Shown: one piece after another, positions 1 to 9,205 of the stretch
How positions within the stretch are numbered: position 1 is the stretch's first letter
Layout: each line of letters opens with the position of its first letter
NCBI GenBank assembly: GCA_963850305.1
Contig: CAWKKR010000007.1
Span: 544,001-608,000, forward strand
Reading direction: 5' to 3'
Source: an uncultured delta proteobacterium
GTDB lineage: Bacteria > Myxococcota_A > Polyangia > Polyangiales > Polyangiaceae
DNA: 64,000 nt
Position numbers and translations under genes: made by a program
The notes under the pieces: generated by a model
Told to the model about the DNA's origin: nothing
What the model saw: only the letters and a program-made list of their open reading frames with translations
Databases searched by the model: none

Positions 1-774
1 CTGTGTGCGAATGAAATCTCCGAGCGCGCGTGCGTACTCTGCGCCTCGCTGCGTGAGCGGCGGATCGCCGCCAATCCGTCCGAGCACGTTGAACTCACTC
101 TCGCCGTGGCGCGTAAGCCAGACTGGTCTGTCCGTCGGCTGAATCTGCATCAAAAAGAAGACGAGTCGCGAGCGGAGATAGCCCTCCAGCCGGTTGACGA
201 TGACCTGGCGCCCCATGTCGACGAGCTTGATGTAGCTGCCTTCGGCGTCCGAGACTGGCTCGTACGTTCGCTCATAGTGAGCGATTCGTGCGCGGAAATC
301 CCTGAACGCCGCATCGCTGGACATGCCCTCGTAGTCGGGAAGTCCCACCTTGTTGCGCCGGACGTTCGCATCCACGATCGCCTGGTCATCGCAGATCGTC
401 TCGACGAACATCACCTTTATTCCGGCTCTCGCACAGCGCTCTTGAATGACGGCGCGCCGGCTCCTCTCGGTGTTCGTGGCATCGTAAATGCCGACTTCGC
501 CGCCCTGGTCGAACCACGCGAGGAGATCGTCGAGGGCTGCCATGGCGAAGGCTAATCGTTCTTCCTTCGTCGCCGCGTTGTCCGGCGCGAAGTACGCTGC
601 CGGCTGCTTCGCTCCGGCGCGTCTACGGCGGTAGTCCCCGACGTTCACCCAGAGCGTGCGGTGGCCGAGCCACGCAAGGTATCGCTGGAGCTTCCGTGCG
701 ACGAACGTCTTGCCGCGCGCCGGCAACCCTACCATGACTAGCGCCAGCTTCTGTGGACCGGGACTCGAGCTCAT
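1..774 (-). CDS. Bifunctional 6-phosphofructo-2-kinase/fructose-2,6-bisphosphatase (eukaryote-type PFK-2/FBPase-2), truncated by the left window edge
   Basis: Not in the ORF track. My translation from ATG 774 is open to position 1: MSSSPGPQKLALVMVGLPARGKTFVARKLQRYLAWLG..VNVGDYRR..GIYDATNTERSRR..MFVETICDD..PDYEG..DFRARIAHYERTYEP..SYIKLVDMGRQVIVNRLEGYLRSRLVFFLM..VWLTRHGESEFNVLGRIGGDPPLT. These are the 6PF2K Walker A and DATN motifs followed by the His-phosphatase RHG motif. Confidence 0.93.
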   Translation of the reverse strand, partial: MSSSPGPQKLALVMVGLPARGKTFVARKLQRYLAWLGHRTLWVNVGDYRRRRAGAKQPAAYFAPDNAATKEERLAFAMAALDDLLAWFDQGGEVGIYDATNTERSRRAVIQERCARAGIKVMFVETICDDQAIVDANVRRNKVGLPDYEGMSSDAAFRDFRARIAHYERTYEPVSDAEGSYIKLVDMGRQVIVNRLEGYLRSRLVFFLMQIQPTDRPVWLTRHGESEFNVLGRIGGDPPLTQRGAEYARALGDFIRTQ

Positions 775-792
775 CGGGCACCTATATCGAAA

Positions 793-2898
793 CTACTCGC
801 ACGCGCCGGCGGTGCCGCAAGGGGTACAAAGCTCGCCTGCGTTGCAGCCGATGCCGTTCAAGGTCGCCTTCACGATGGGGTTCGTGATCTGGCAATCCGG
901 CAGACAAGCCCCGAGCCCTGCGGAGCAGCTCGGGAAGTTCGCCGTTGCATCTGCCACCTTCAAGTCAGGCATACACAACGAGCCTGCGCCGCAAGAATCT
1001 TGAGGGAGCGTCGACGCCTCGGTGGAACCGATGAGCACGGTCGGCACGCAGGTCCCGCGCGCGGCGCCGTTCGTGGCGGGGTAGGGACAGCACGTCGGAT
1101 AGAGGGTCTTGGCCCCCGCGGGCTTGTCACCATTGAATTTGCAGGCGCCGCTGTCGACACCGGTGACCGGGTCGTAACAAGGGACGCAGAGCTCGTTCGC
1201 CGCGCAGGTCTCCTCTAGCAAGGTCGACGCGGCGGCGGCCACTTTCGGCATGCACGATGGGAGGCACCGGGCCTCGAGGTTGCCGGGCGCGGTGCAGCTC
1301 GCGGGCTTTGCAGACGGGTCGAGGAGCGCGGTCGGCGCGCACACGAGTGACGTCCCGGTGCACGTATCTGCTCCGAGTTCCGCCGCGGTAGACGCCGCTA
1401 CGTACGTTTTCGGAACGCAATCCCCCACGCCGCCGCAGCAGGCTGTGAAGGTCTTCTTCGCGGCTTTCGGCGCGTCGCCGTTTTCGTCGCACACGCCGGT
1501 GTCCGAACCGGTTTGCGGATCGTAGCAGGGCGCGCAGAGCGTGTTCGCGGGACACGCGGGAGAACCGGAGTCGAGCCTGGCTTTTTCGGCTTGTATCGAC
1601 GGAACGCAAGCCGGGATGCAACGGCCTTCGGCGCCAACTGCGCCCAGCGCCGTGCAGGCCTTCGGCAGGTCTCCCGTGACGGAAAACACGTCGGGTGAAC
1701 AGAGCGACCCGCTCCCCGTGCACGTATCCTTGTCGAGCGACGCTTGCTCGCCTGCCGTCAGGAGCGTCGATGGCAAGCAATGTCCAAGTCCGCTACAGCA
1801 CCCAGGGAACTGGAAGGGCTGATTCTTCGGGGTGTCTCCGTTCTGCGTGCAGGCGGACGTCTCCTCGCCGGAGATCGGATCGTAACAGGGGGCGCACAGA
1901 TAGCCGCTCGCGCAGACGTCCTGGGGCAAACTGCTCGCCTCGGACGCGATGTCGGGCAAACAGCTCTCGAGGCACCGTCCTTCGCTGCCGCCCAGGGACG
2001 TGCAGATTGGCGGCTGGGACGTGCCGTCGCTCAAGTCGTTCGGCGAGCAGAGGTCCGCGGCGTTCTTGCAGACGTCCTTGTCGAGCAAGATGGCCGACGA
2101 CAGCGAACTCGAGGGGACGCACGAGCCGAGGCCGCCGCAGCAAGCTTGAAACGGGTTCGGCGCCTCGGTCGGCCCAGGGTCGCAGCCCTGATCGCAGGCG
2201 TGGGTGTTCGCGCCTGTCCGCGGATCGTAGCAGGGCGCGCAGAGATCTCCGGCTCCGCAGACATCGCGAGGCAAGGATGCGGCCTGAGACGCGATGCTGG
2301 GAATGCACGTCGAGAGGCAACGACCCTCTTCGCCGTTCACGGATGTACAAGTTGGCGGGATGAATTTACCGGCGCGCGCGAGAACGTACGCCGGTATGCA
2401 TTTGCTGCCCGTCCCGCAGTCGGCGAAAAACGCCGCGGACGCCTCCGGAACGAGGCTGGACGCGACGCACTTGCCGTTCGTGCAAAGCGGGAAGTCCGTC
2501 GAGCTACACGCAACGTCGTTCGACACGTCGAGGAGTGTCGCGGGCACGACGCAACCTTCTGCGCCGCCGCCCGTGCCACCTTCGGTAGAGCCAGCATCAC
2601 TTCCCTTCGCGACGACCCCGGAATCATCGTGCGCGTCCACACCCGCGTCGACAACCGAGCCACTTCCGGTCCCGCCTGTAACCGAGGTTCCCCCGGCTCC
2701 CGGCGGGACGCCCCCGTTCCCGCTCTGGCCGAGAGAATTCGTCCCCCCCGCGCCGAAGATGGCATTGCCTGCGTCCGGCTGATGCTCATGACCGCCGCTC
2801 GTGCTCGAACCGCAAGCGGTGACGACCTGGCCGCAGGCGAACAGGACAAAGGCCTCAAGAATCCGGATCAGGAACTTCGAGCCGATGAGGGTCTTCAT
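793..2898 (-). CDS. Cys-rich repeat lipoprotein
   Basis: Lipobox-like VVTAC, Gly/Thr linker, four ~115-120 aa repeats containing C(A/V)PCYDP. ATG 2898 preferred over TTG 2904. Confidence 0.85.
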   Translation of the reverse strand: MKTLIGSKFLIRILEAFVLFACGQVVTACGSSTSGGHEHQPDAGNAIFGAGGTNSLGQSGNGGVPPGAGGTSVTGGTGSGSVVDAGVDAHDDSGVVAKGSDAGSTEGGTGGGAEGCVVPATLLDVSNDVACSSTDFPLCTNGKCVASSLVPEASAAFFADCGTGSKCIPAYVLARAGKFIPPTCTSVNGEEGRCLSTCIPSIASQAASLPRDVCGAGDLCAPCYDPRTGANTHACDQGCDPGPTEAPNPFQACCGGLGSCVPSSSLSSAILLDKDVCKNAADLCSPNDLSDGTSQPPICTSLGGSEGRCLESCLPDIASEASSLPQDVCASGYLCAPCYDPISGEETSACTQNGDTPKNQPFQFPGCCSGLGHCLPSTLLTAGEQASLDKDTCTGSGSLCSPDVFSVTGDLPKACTALGAVGAEGRCIPACVPSIQAEKARLDSGSPACPANTLCAPCYDPQTGSDTGVCDENGDAPKAAKKTFTACCGGVGDCVPKTYVAASTAAELGADTCTGTSLVCAPTALLDPSAKPASCTAPGNLEARCLPSCMPKVAAAASTLLEETCAANELCVPCYDPVTGVDSGACKFNGDKPAGAKTLYPTCCPYPATNGAARGTCVPTVLIGSTEASTLPQDSCGAGSLCMPDLKVADATANFPSCSAGLGACLPDCQITNPIVKATLNGIGCNAGELCTPCGTAGACE

Positions 2899-2982
2899 CA
2901 CCAAGCAAGCCTCTCCAGGCTGCCGCGTCAGAGCCTAGCAGATCGGATCCTCACCGCAGACTGAACGAATTTTGCACGAGGC

Positions 2983-4377
2983 TCACGCTGCGCGTTCGGC
3001 GGCGCCCCCGCCGGCCAGCTCCTCGACCGAATCCGCGATGCCCCGCGCCAGGATCTCGGCGTCCGGGAACAGATCGAAATCTGCGTTGATACCGAAGCCG
3101 ACTTTGCCGTTATACGAAAGCGCGGCAATCCCGAGCGACGTGACGCCGGCGATGGGCACGACGGGGAAAGCGTCGATCATCTCGCCGCCCTTGAGGAAGA
3201 GCGGAAACTGGGGTCCCGGCACGTTCGTGACGACCAGGTTGCACATCCGCGCGAGCGGGAGTGCCTTGCCCGCCAGCGAGAGCACAGTGGGCGGCGCGTA
3301 GGCGCTGGCCTTCAACCAGAAGTCCGCGGCGACGGCCTGGTTCGATTCTTTCGCCGCACGCATGGATGCCTGGACGCGCCGGACGCGCTCGTCCGGCCGT
3401 TCCTCGCCGATGGGCAAATCCGCAACGACCCAACTCACCCGATTGCCGGGCGTATTACGCTCCGATGCCGCGCGGAAACTGACGGGGATCATGGCCTTCA
3501 AGACGAGCCCGTCCACGGTTTCTTTTCGTTCCAGCAGGAGCTTCCGGAGGCCACCGGACACGACGGCGAGCAGCACGTCGTTCACGGTGCAGTCGAGCCG
3601 CGCACGCACGGTCTTCAGCTTTCCGAGCTCGGTTCGCACGGTCTCGAACCGCCGGTGCGGTCCGATGCCGCGAGTGAATGAGGTTCTCGGCGCGAGTTCG
3701 AGCCCGGCTCTGCCGAACGACAGGAGCCCGCGGGCGAGGTCTTTGCCACGCTCCAGGTATTCACGAGGTGCCTGCGACACCTTCCGGACGGATCGCATGA
3801 CGTCCGCCGGTTGAGCGGCGCGCTCGACGAGAGCGTCGCGGAGCAATTCCGAAGGGGTCGGCGGTGCCTCGGGGACCCAGGGCGGCACGTCCAGCGGGGG
3901 CGATTCAGGTCCGAAATCCAGCAAAACAGTCCCGATGTCGACAGCGCCGAGCCCATCGACGAGGCAGTGGTGGCACTTCGTCAAGAGAGCGCTTCGTCCG
4001 CCCGGGAGGCTGACATGCCAGATCTCCCAGAGTGGACGGTTGCGTTCCAGCTGGCGTCCGAGCAGGCGCGAAGCAAGCCGCAGCAGGTCACGCTCCGTTG
4101 CGCTTGCCGGGAGCTTGGTGAAGATGACGTGGTTTCGGACATCGAAGTCCCGATCGTCTATCCACACCGGCCTGCCCTGATTCCCCGGCACCCAGGCGAT
4201 CTTCTGCCGGTACCGCGGCACGAGGTGAAGTCGCCGTTCCACGTGGGAGAGCAGCGCGAGTTCGCGTGAGTCGGCGTCTTGAAAGATCGTGAGCGAGCCC
4301 ACGTGCATGTGCGCCGTCGGCGATTCCGCGTACAAGAAAGCCGAGTCAATCGGCTGTAGCCGCTCGTATCGGGTCAT
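2983..4377 (-). CDS. Wax ester synthase/diacylglycerol acyltransferase (WS/DGAT)
   Basis: DSAFLYAE..HMHVG N-terminus, catalytic HHCLVDG, TVNDVLLA, NLVVTNVPGP. Confidence 0.95.
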   Translation of the reverse strand: MTRYERLQPIDSAFLYAESPTAHMHVGSLTIFQDADSRELALLSHVERRLHLVPRYRQKIAWVPGNQGRPVWIDDRDFDVRNHVIFTKLPASATERDLLRLASRLLGRQLERNRPLWEIWHVSLPGGRSALLTKCHHCLVDGLGAVDIGTVLLDFGPESPPLDVPPWVPEAPPTPSELLRDALVERAAQPADVMRSVRKVSQAPREYLERGKDLARGLLSFGRAGLELAPRTSFTRGIGPHRRFETVRTELGKLKTVRARLDCTVNDVLLAVVSGGLRKLLLERKETVDGLVLKAMIPVSFRAASERNTPGNRVSWVVADLPIGEERPDERVRRVQASMRAAKESNQAVAADFWLKASAYAPPTVLSLAGKALPLARMCNLVVTNVPGPQFPLFLKGGEMIDAFPVVPIAGVTSLGIAALSYNGKVGFGINADFDLFPDAEILARGIADSVEELAGGGAAERAA

Positions 4378-4515
4378 CGTAGCCTCCCTCGTCGCCTCGC
4401 GCTCGAGAGCGAACAGTGACGAGCTTAGCCCCTGCTACGCGTTTTTCTACCTGAACGGACGCGAGCTGCTCGACTATGATGTCAGAAGGGCTCGATTGCG
4501 ATAAAGGAACGGAAG

Positions 4516-4878
4516 ATGGACGAGAGCGTTCGACGCAAAGTCTGCCGGTTGATTGCGGGTATCGTGGTGTCCGACGAGGACTTGTCCCCGCAGGAAGATG
4601 CGTTCGTGGACCGCATGCTCGAGCGTTTCGGCATCCCGCTGGCGGATCGGGAGGTCATCTTCCCAATCATCGATTCATCGGAGGCGGCTGCTGCCATTCG
4701 AGAGTTCGACCCCGCCCTGCGCACGGAAGCCTTCGGGCTCCTCATCGAGGCCGCCGCCGTGGACGGATCCATCGCACCCGAAGAGCTTGGTTATCTCGAA
4801 ACCGTGGCTGAAGCCGTCGGCGTCTCGAAGGACGAGCTAGGAGATCGGCTCGCTGCGGCTCTCGCGAAGCGCCCGTGA
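4516..4878 (+). CDS. TerB-like (tellurite resistance family) protein
   Basis: Two TerB-like motifs: VSDEDLSPQE and AAVDGSIAPEELGYL. Confidence 0.75.
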   Translation: MDESVRRKVCRLIAGIVVSDEDLSPQEDAFVDRMLERFGIPLADREVIFPIIDSSEAAAAIREFDPALRTEAFGLLIEAAAVDGSIAPEELGYLETVAEAVGVSKDELGDRLAAALAKRP

Positions 4879-5223
4879 GCCGCCGCGCCGGCCTGCGGCT
4901 GGGCGCGGCCGGGTTGACGGTGATTGGTCACCCCTTCGCTCGTGTTATCGCGAAGCCGCATTTCTTTCGCGCCTCGCGTCTACCCATGAGGAGGTACTCC
5001 CCTGGACGAGTATCACGTGGCGCTTCGTTTCTGGACCGCGGCGCTGGCCGTCATCCTCGTGGCGCCTTACGCGGCGGCCGCCGCGGGGCGCTTTCTTCAA
5101 TCGCTGGACGAGCACGTTTCGGGCGGCGGTGGGCCGATTTCGCTCCCGCCGTCGCCGCGGCCGAGTTCGCCGTAATAATCGCGGAGATCGTCTGGCTCGC
5201 CTCGGCCCGGGAGCTCGGCCCGC

Positions 5224-6333
5224 GTGGATGATGGGGGCCGTTCGCGCGCCTGGATCCCGTCGCTCGACGGGCTCCGGTGCCTCGCGATCCTCCCCGTCAT
5301 CTGGCATCACAGCACGTCTGCGCCGGCTCCGGGCCTGCTCGGCAAGGGGCCGCTGGGCGTCCATCTGTTCTTCGCCATCAGTGGCTTTTTGATCACGACC
5401 CTCCTGCTGCAGGAACGAGCGGATACCCGCCGGATCTCGCTCCGGAGATTCTTCGGGCGCCGGAGTCTGCGGATCTTTCCGCTCTACTACGCCGTTCTCG
5501 CCCTCTTCGTGCTTCGCGCTCTCTGGTTTCTGCCCGACTCCCCGATGCGCGCGCACTTCCTGGGCAACGTGCCGTACTTTGCGACGTACACGACGAACTG
5601 GTTTGTGGACTTCGGCGTCCCGCATCCGGTCATCTTCGGCTTCTCCTGGTCCCTCGCGACCGAGGAGCAGTTCTACCTGGTGTGGCCGCTCGTCATCGCC
5701 AGCTCTCGTTCGCTCGCCGCGCCGGTCGCATTCGTCATCGGGCTTCTCGCTCTCGACCGTGCCGGGCTCGGTCATCTCGCATTCCTCGGCGTTCACGGCA
5801 CGCTGTTCCGGATCGTCACGAGTATTTCGACGCCGATCTGTATCGGCTCCCTCCTCGCGTGTGGGCTTGCTTCGCCGAGAGCTGCGCGCGCGATCCGGCG
5901 CGTGCTCGGGCCGCGGTTCATGGCGCCCCTGGTGCTCTTCGCGCTCGTCGCGTGCGTCTTCATCGACGCGCCCCTCCTTTTGATCCACGTCGCGATGACC
6001 GCGCTGGTCGGCGCCGTCACAATCCGTCGTGACCACGGGCTCGCGTTCTTCCTCGACGCGCGCCCGGTCCGCTACGTCGGTTCCATCAGCTACGCAATGT
6101 ATCTTCTCCACGTTTCCGCCATCACCCTCGTGAAAATGCTCGGCGTATCCACTCCCCCGCTGGCGGTGTTCGTGCTTGCGACGCTCGTGACGGTGCTGCT
6201 CGCGTCGATCACGCGCCGCCACATCGAGCTTCCGATTCTGAGGTGGAGAGACCGGAGGCTGCCGGCGCCGGGGTCCGCGCGCGTCCGCGCGCCCTTGGTT
6301 CCGGTCATCGGACTCACGAGCGACGGACGGTGA
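5224..6333 (+). CDS. Acyltransferase family 3 (OafA-like) membrane protein
   Basis: SLDGLR, GVHLFFAISGFLIT, RRSLRIFPLYY, WSLATEEQFYLVWP, GSISYAMYLLH. Confidence 0.93.
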   Translation: MDDGGRSRAWIPSLDGLRCLAILPVIWHHSTSAPAPGLLGKGPLGVHLFFAISGFLITTLLLQERADTRRISLRRFFGRRSLRIFPLYYAVLALFVLRALWFLPDSPMRAHFLGNVPYFATYTTNWFVDFGVPHPVIFGFSWSLATEEQFYLVWPLVIASSRSLAAPVAFVIGLLALDRAGLGHLAFLGVHGTLFRIVTSISTPICIGSLLACGLASPRAARAIRRVLGPRFMAPLVLFALVACVFIDAPLLLIHVAMTALVGAVTIRRDHGLAFFLDARPVRYVGSISYAMYLLHVSAITLVKMLGVSTPPLAVFVLATLVTVLLASITRRHIELPILRWRDRRLPAPGSARVRAPLVPVIGLTSDGR

Positions 6334-6364
6334 GCAGGCCACCGACAGCGCGCGACACGCAGAG

Positions 6365-7246
6365 TCAGTCGTGTCCCGCGTCGAGGGAAGTGACGACGGC
6401 TCCATCGGGCTCGTAGAGCAGGCCTCCGTCCGAGACGACGGCGGGTCCGTGCCAGTTGGGCGTGCATTCGCCGACCCCGACAGGGTCCCGGTTGAAATGA
6501 ACGCAGTCGCCCTCACTGCCGCCACAGGCGGGGGATCCGCATGCCGCCCAGCGGCAGAGTTTGCGGCACGTGCCTTGCGCGGGTGCCGCAGCGCCGGCGC
6601 AGATCAGGCCCTTGTCACATTGTGCGGGGCTGTCGCACGGAGCTCCGAGTTCGAGCGAACTCGGCTGCTCGCAAGCGACGTCGCCGAGCGGATCGGCGAT
6701 CCGACAGACCTGGTGTTGCTCCGAGCACGCCCCCGGATCGAGCACGTCGCAGTCGTTCACGGGGAAGCAGAGATCGAATCCAGCGGGCACCGTCGCGCCG
6801 GCGTCGTCGATCCGCGCGTCCACCTGGTGAATGCAGCTCTCACCGCTCGGACACGCCGACCAGTCGGCGCCGCAGCACATCTTCCGACATGCACCCTCGA
6901 CGCAGTAGAGTCCCGGACCGCATAGATCGACGTTGTCGCAGGTTTGTCCGTGCGTTCGCGCACCGGGGACGCCGCAAGCGGGCGTCACGGTACCGCGGCT
7001 CTCGTCGATGTCGGGCCAGCACGTCTCGCCGTCCTTGCACCCCGTCTGTGTCTGGTAGTTGCAGGGACCTTGCGCGCACGCGGAGGGCCCGTCAGGGTGG
7101 GGCGGAATGACTCCGCCGCCGAAGAAGATATTCACCGTGCAGACCTGACCGGGAATGGAAACGCTGCCAGTGCCCCCGCACGCTCCCACGCCACCCAGCG
7201 CTACGAGGACGCCGATGATCACTGCTCGTGCGAAATGCCGCATCAT
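6365..7246 (-). CDS. Cys-rich lipoprotein (myxobacterial type)
   Basis: MMRHFAR signal with GVGAC lipobox; many Cys-spaced modules (CGPGLYC, CDKGLIC); start uncertain. Confidence 0.75.
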   Translation of the reverse strand: MMRHFARAVIIGVLVALGGVGACGGTGSVSIPGQVCTVNIFFGGGVIPPHPDGPSACAQGPCNYQTQTGCKDGETCWPDIDESRGTVTPACGVPGARTHGQTCDNVDLCGPGLYCVEGACRKMCCGADWSACPSGESCIHQVDARIDDAGATVPAGFDLCFPVNDCDVLDPGACSEQHQVCRIADPLGDVACEQPSSLELGAPCDSPAQCDKGLICAGAAAPAQGTCRKLCRWAACGSPACGGSEGDCVHFNRDPVGVGECTPNWHGPAVVSDGGLLYEPDGAVVTSLDAGHD

Positions 7247-7295
7247 CGGCCAGTATCTCACCGATGCGCGCGCGGCGCGCAACATTCACCGCTCG

Positions 7296-8951
7296 CTACT
7301 CGGGCCCTGCGGCGAGCGGTGGGATCCCGGCAAGAGGCTCCACGCCGATGATGCTCTCGAGCCACGGCGTCGAGAAGCGAATGCGTTCGAGTAGATAGCG
7401 CTTCGGTGTGCGGCGCACCTCGGTTTCCCACGAGCGAAGGCTCGGCGTTCCGGCGTTTCCGACGATGACGAGCGGCATGCCCGTCACCGGATCGCTTTCG
7501 TAGACGAAGAAGGAATGGAAGTGCACATGGGCCGGATCCCAGGGCGTCTTGCCCTTGATGAGTACGGCATCGCCCGGAGCGAAGTCATCGACGTGGTCTG
7601 CCAGATATCCGAAGAACGCGCTTCGATCGCCGAGCTCGATCCGGGGCTGGGCATCCTCGACGTCGAACCACTCTGGGTGGCTCTTCACGAACGCGATGAA
7701 CCCGGGCACGCGGCGCATCTCCATCCGGTCGCCTCCCAGGCTGTCGAAGTCGAGTTTGCCCGCAATGCGGGCCGGTGCCGCACCGCGGGGCTCGTACCAG
7801 GTGCCGGAAGTGCGTTCGAGGACGTCCGTCAGGAAATCGACGCACACCTCGGGCGTGAGCGGACGTCCTTTCGCGTCGAAGACGCGGTAGGGATCCCCGT
7901 TGAAAGCGAACTTGTCGCGGCGGTGCAGATACGCCGCGAGCCACCGGCTGCGGAGCATGCCGTCGAGCTGAAAACCGTACTCGTGCAGGGGTTCGTCGAA
8001 GGGCAGTGCTTCGTCCAGTTCAGCCAGCATGGCGGCCCTCAGAGATTGGACGGCACGCTCGCGGCGTTCGGCCTCGGCACGATACGCGTCACGAGCCGCG
8101 CGAACGTGTGGCGCGAGCACCTCGCATTCGACGTCCACGTGCGCCCCGCGCATCTCGAGGACGGTCGGCACCCACAGCTTGCCGTAACGAAGGTTCGCCG
8201 CGATGTGTCCGCGGGTGACGCGACGGATCTGCATGCGATCGAAGTGGAGCCGATATCGGAGGGCGCGCAGATCCAAGTGCAGCGGGGGCGGGGGAGCGTC
8301 TCCGCCCCCGACGCGGTCGAAGAGCACGAGTCGCACGCGTTGACCGGCGAGCGCGCCGTCCAGATATTCGTACCGGCCATTCCTTCTCTCGGCATGGAGC
8401 ACCCGTTCGCCGCGCTGGATCCAGATGTGGTCGTATCCGAAGAGTTGCTGCGGCTGGACCAGGCTGACGAGTGCATATGCCAGGTTCGGATCTTCCGCGT
8501 ATAGGTAACCATCCCTGAGGAGCACTTCGCGAGCCTGTTCGGGCAGCCCTCTGGATTCGTCGAGCACGCGCTCGACGGTGCCAAACGGGTTTCCCTCGCC
8601 GAGCATCTGCCGGAATCCGCGGATCGCGAGCGTCGCCGGTGCGCGCTCGTATTCAGGGCGTTCCTCGAAGAGTACGGGCTCGGCCTTCGTTCGTGCGAGG
8701 AACATCGCGCGGTTCGCTTGGATGGCCGGTGCGCCAGGGACCTCCGGCGCGGCAAGGACCTCGCGCATGCGCGTTTCGCATGCGCGCCTCGCCGTCTCTT
8801 CGGGGGAGGGCGCGATGTCGTCCGTCTCGGGCCCAATGTAGTCGCGCAGTACCTCTGGGCTCCCCGGGACCGTGTCGTGTTTGCAGCCCGCAGTCGCCAG
8901 AGCAAGCAACCAGAGGATGACGAGACGTGATAGGCGATGCGATCTCTTCAT
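7296..8951 (-). CDS. Lipoprotein with C-terminal NlpC/P60-like (DUF1287-like) domain
   Basis: LATAGC lipobox; EVCVDFL, RRVPGF, APGDAVLI, HSFFV, PLVIVGNAG. The CDS is secure; the domain call is tentative. Confidence 0.7.
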   Translation of the reverse strand: MKRSHRLSRLVILWLLALATAGCKHDTVPGSPEVLRDYIGPETDDIAPSPEETARRACETRMREVLAAPEVPGAPAIQANRAMFLARTKAEPVLFEERPEYERAPATLAIRGFRQMLGEGNPFGTVERVLDESRGLPEQAREVLLRDGYLYAEDPNLAYALVSLVQPQQLFGYDHIWIQRGERVLHAERRNGRYEYLDGALAGQRVRLVLFDRVGGGDAPPPPLHLDLRALRYRLHFDRMQIRRVTRGHIAANLRYGKLWVPTVLEMRGAHVDVECEVLAPHVRAARDAYRAEAERRERAVQSLRAAMLAELDEALPFDEPLHEYGFQLDGMLRSRWLAAYLHRRDKFAFNGDPYRVFDAKGRPLTPEVCVDFLTDVLERTSGTWYEPRGAAPARIAGKLDFDSLGGDRMEMRRVPGFIAFVKSHPEWFDVEDAQPRIELGDRSAFFGYLADHVDDFAPGDAVLIKGKTPWDPAHVHFHSFFVYESDPVTGMPLVIVGNAGTPSLRSWETEVRRTPKRYLLERIRFSTPWLESIIGVEPLAGIPPLAAGPE

Positions 8952-9205
8952 GGCTCGTCCTCGACGCGCGGACGGAGCTCGAACCTACAGCACAAAGCAT
9001 TGGGCCTCGTCGCTGCCGGCGCAACCGGAGCGCTTCGGATCGCGCCTACACGCGTCCCTTCGTGACGCCACGCGCGCCGAGACCCGACGTGTCAATTTCT
9101 GCGGTGGCGCCGCTGGCGCGCAGCGTCGTCTCGCTGCGTCGCGCTTCTTCGAACGCGTGAACGTTCGTCTTTCGCCGGACCGAGTTGCTGTAAGATCAAA
9201 ATCGA

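Noticed and set aside
106..555. Plus-strand 149-aa ORF, the only sizeable track call at the left edge
   Set aside because: Antisense shadow of the PFK-2/FBPase-2 gene; no motifs.
4875..5231. Small Arg/Gly-rich ORF upstream of the acyltransferase
   Set aside because: No recognisable motif and composition typical of GC-rich non-coding frames; cannot be supported.
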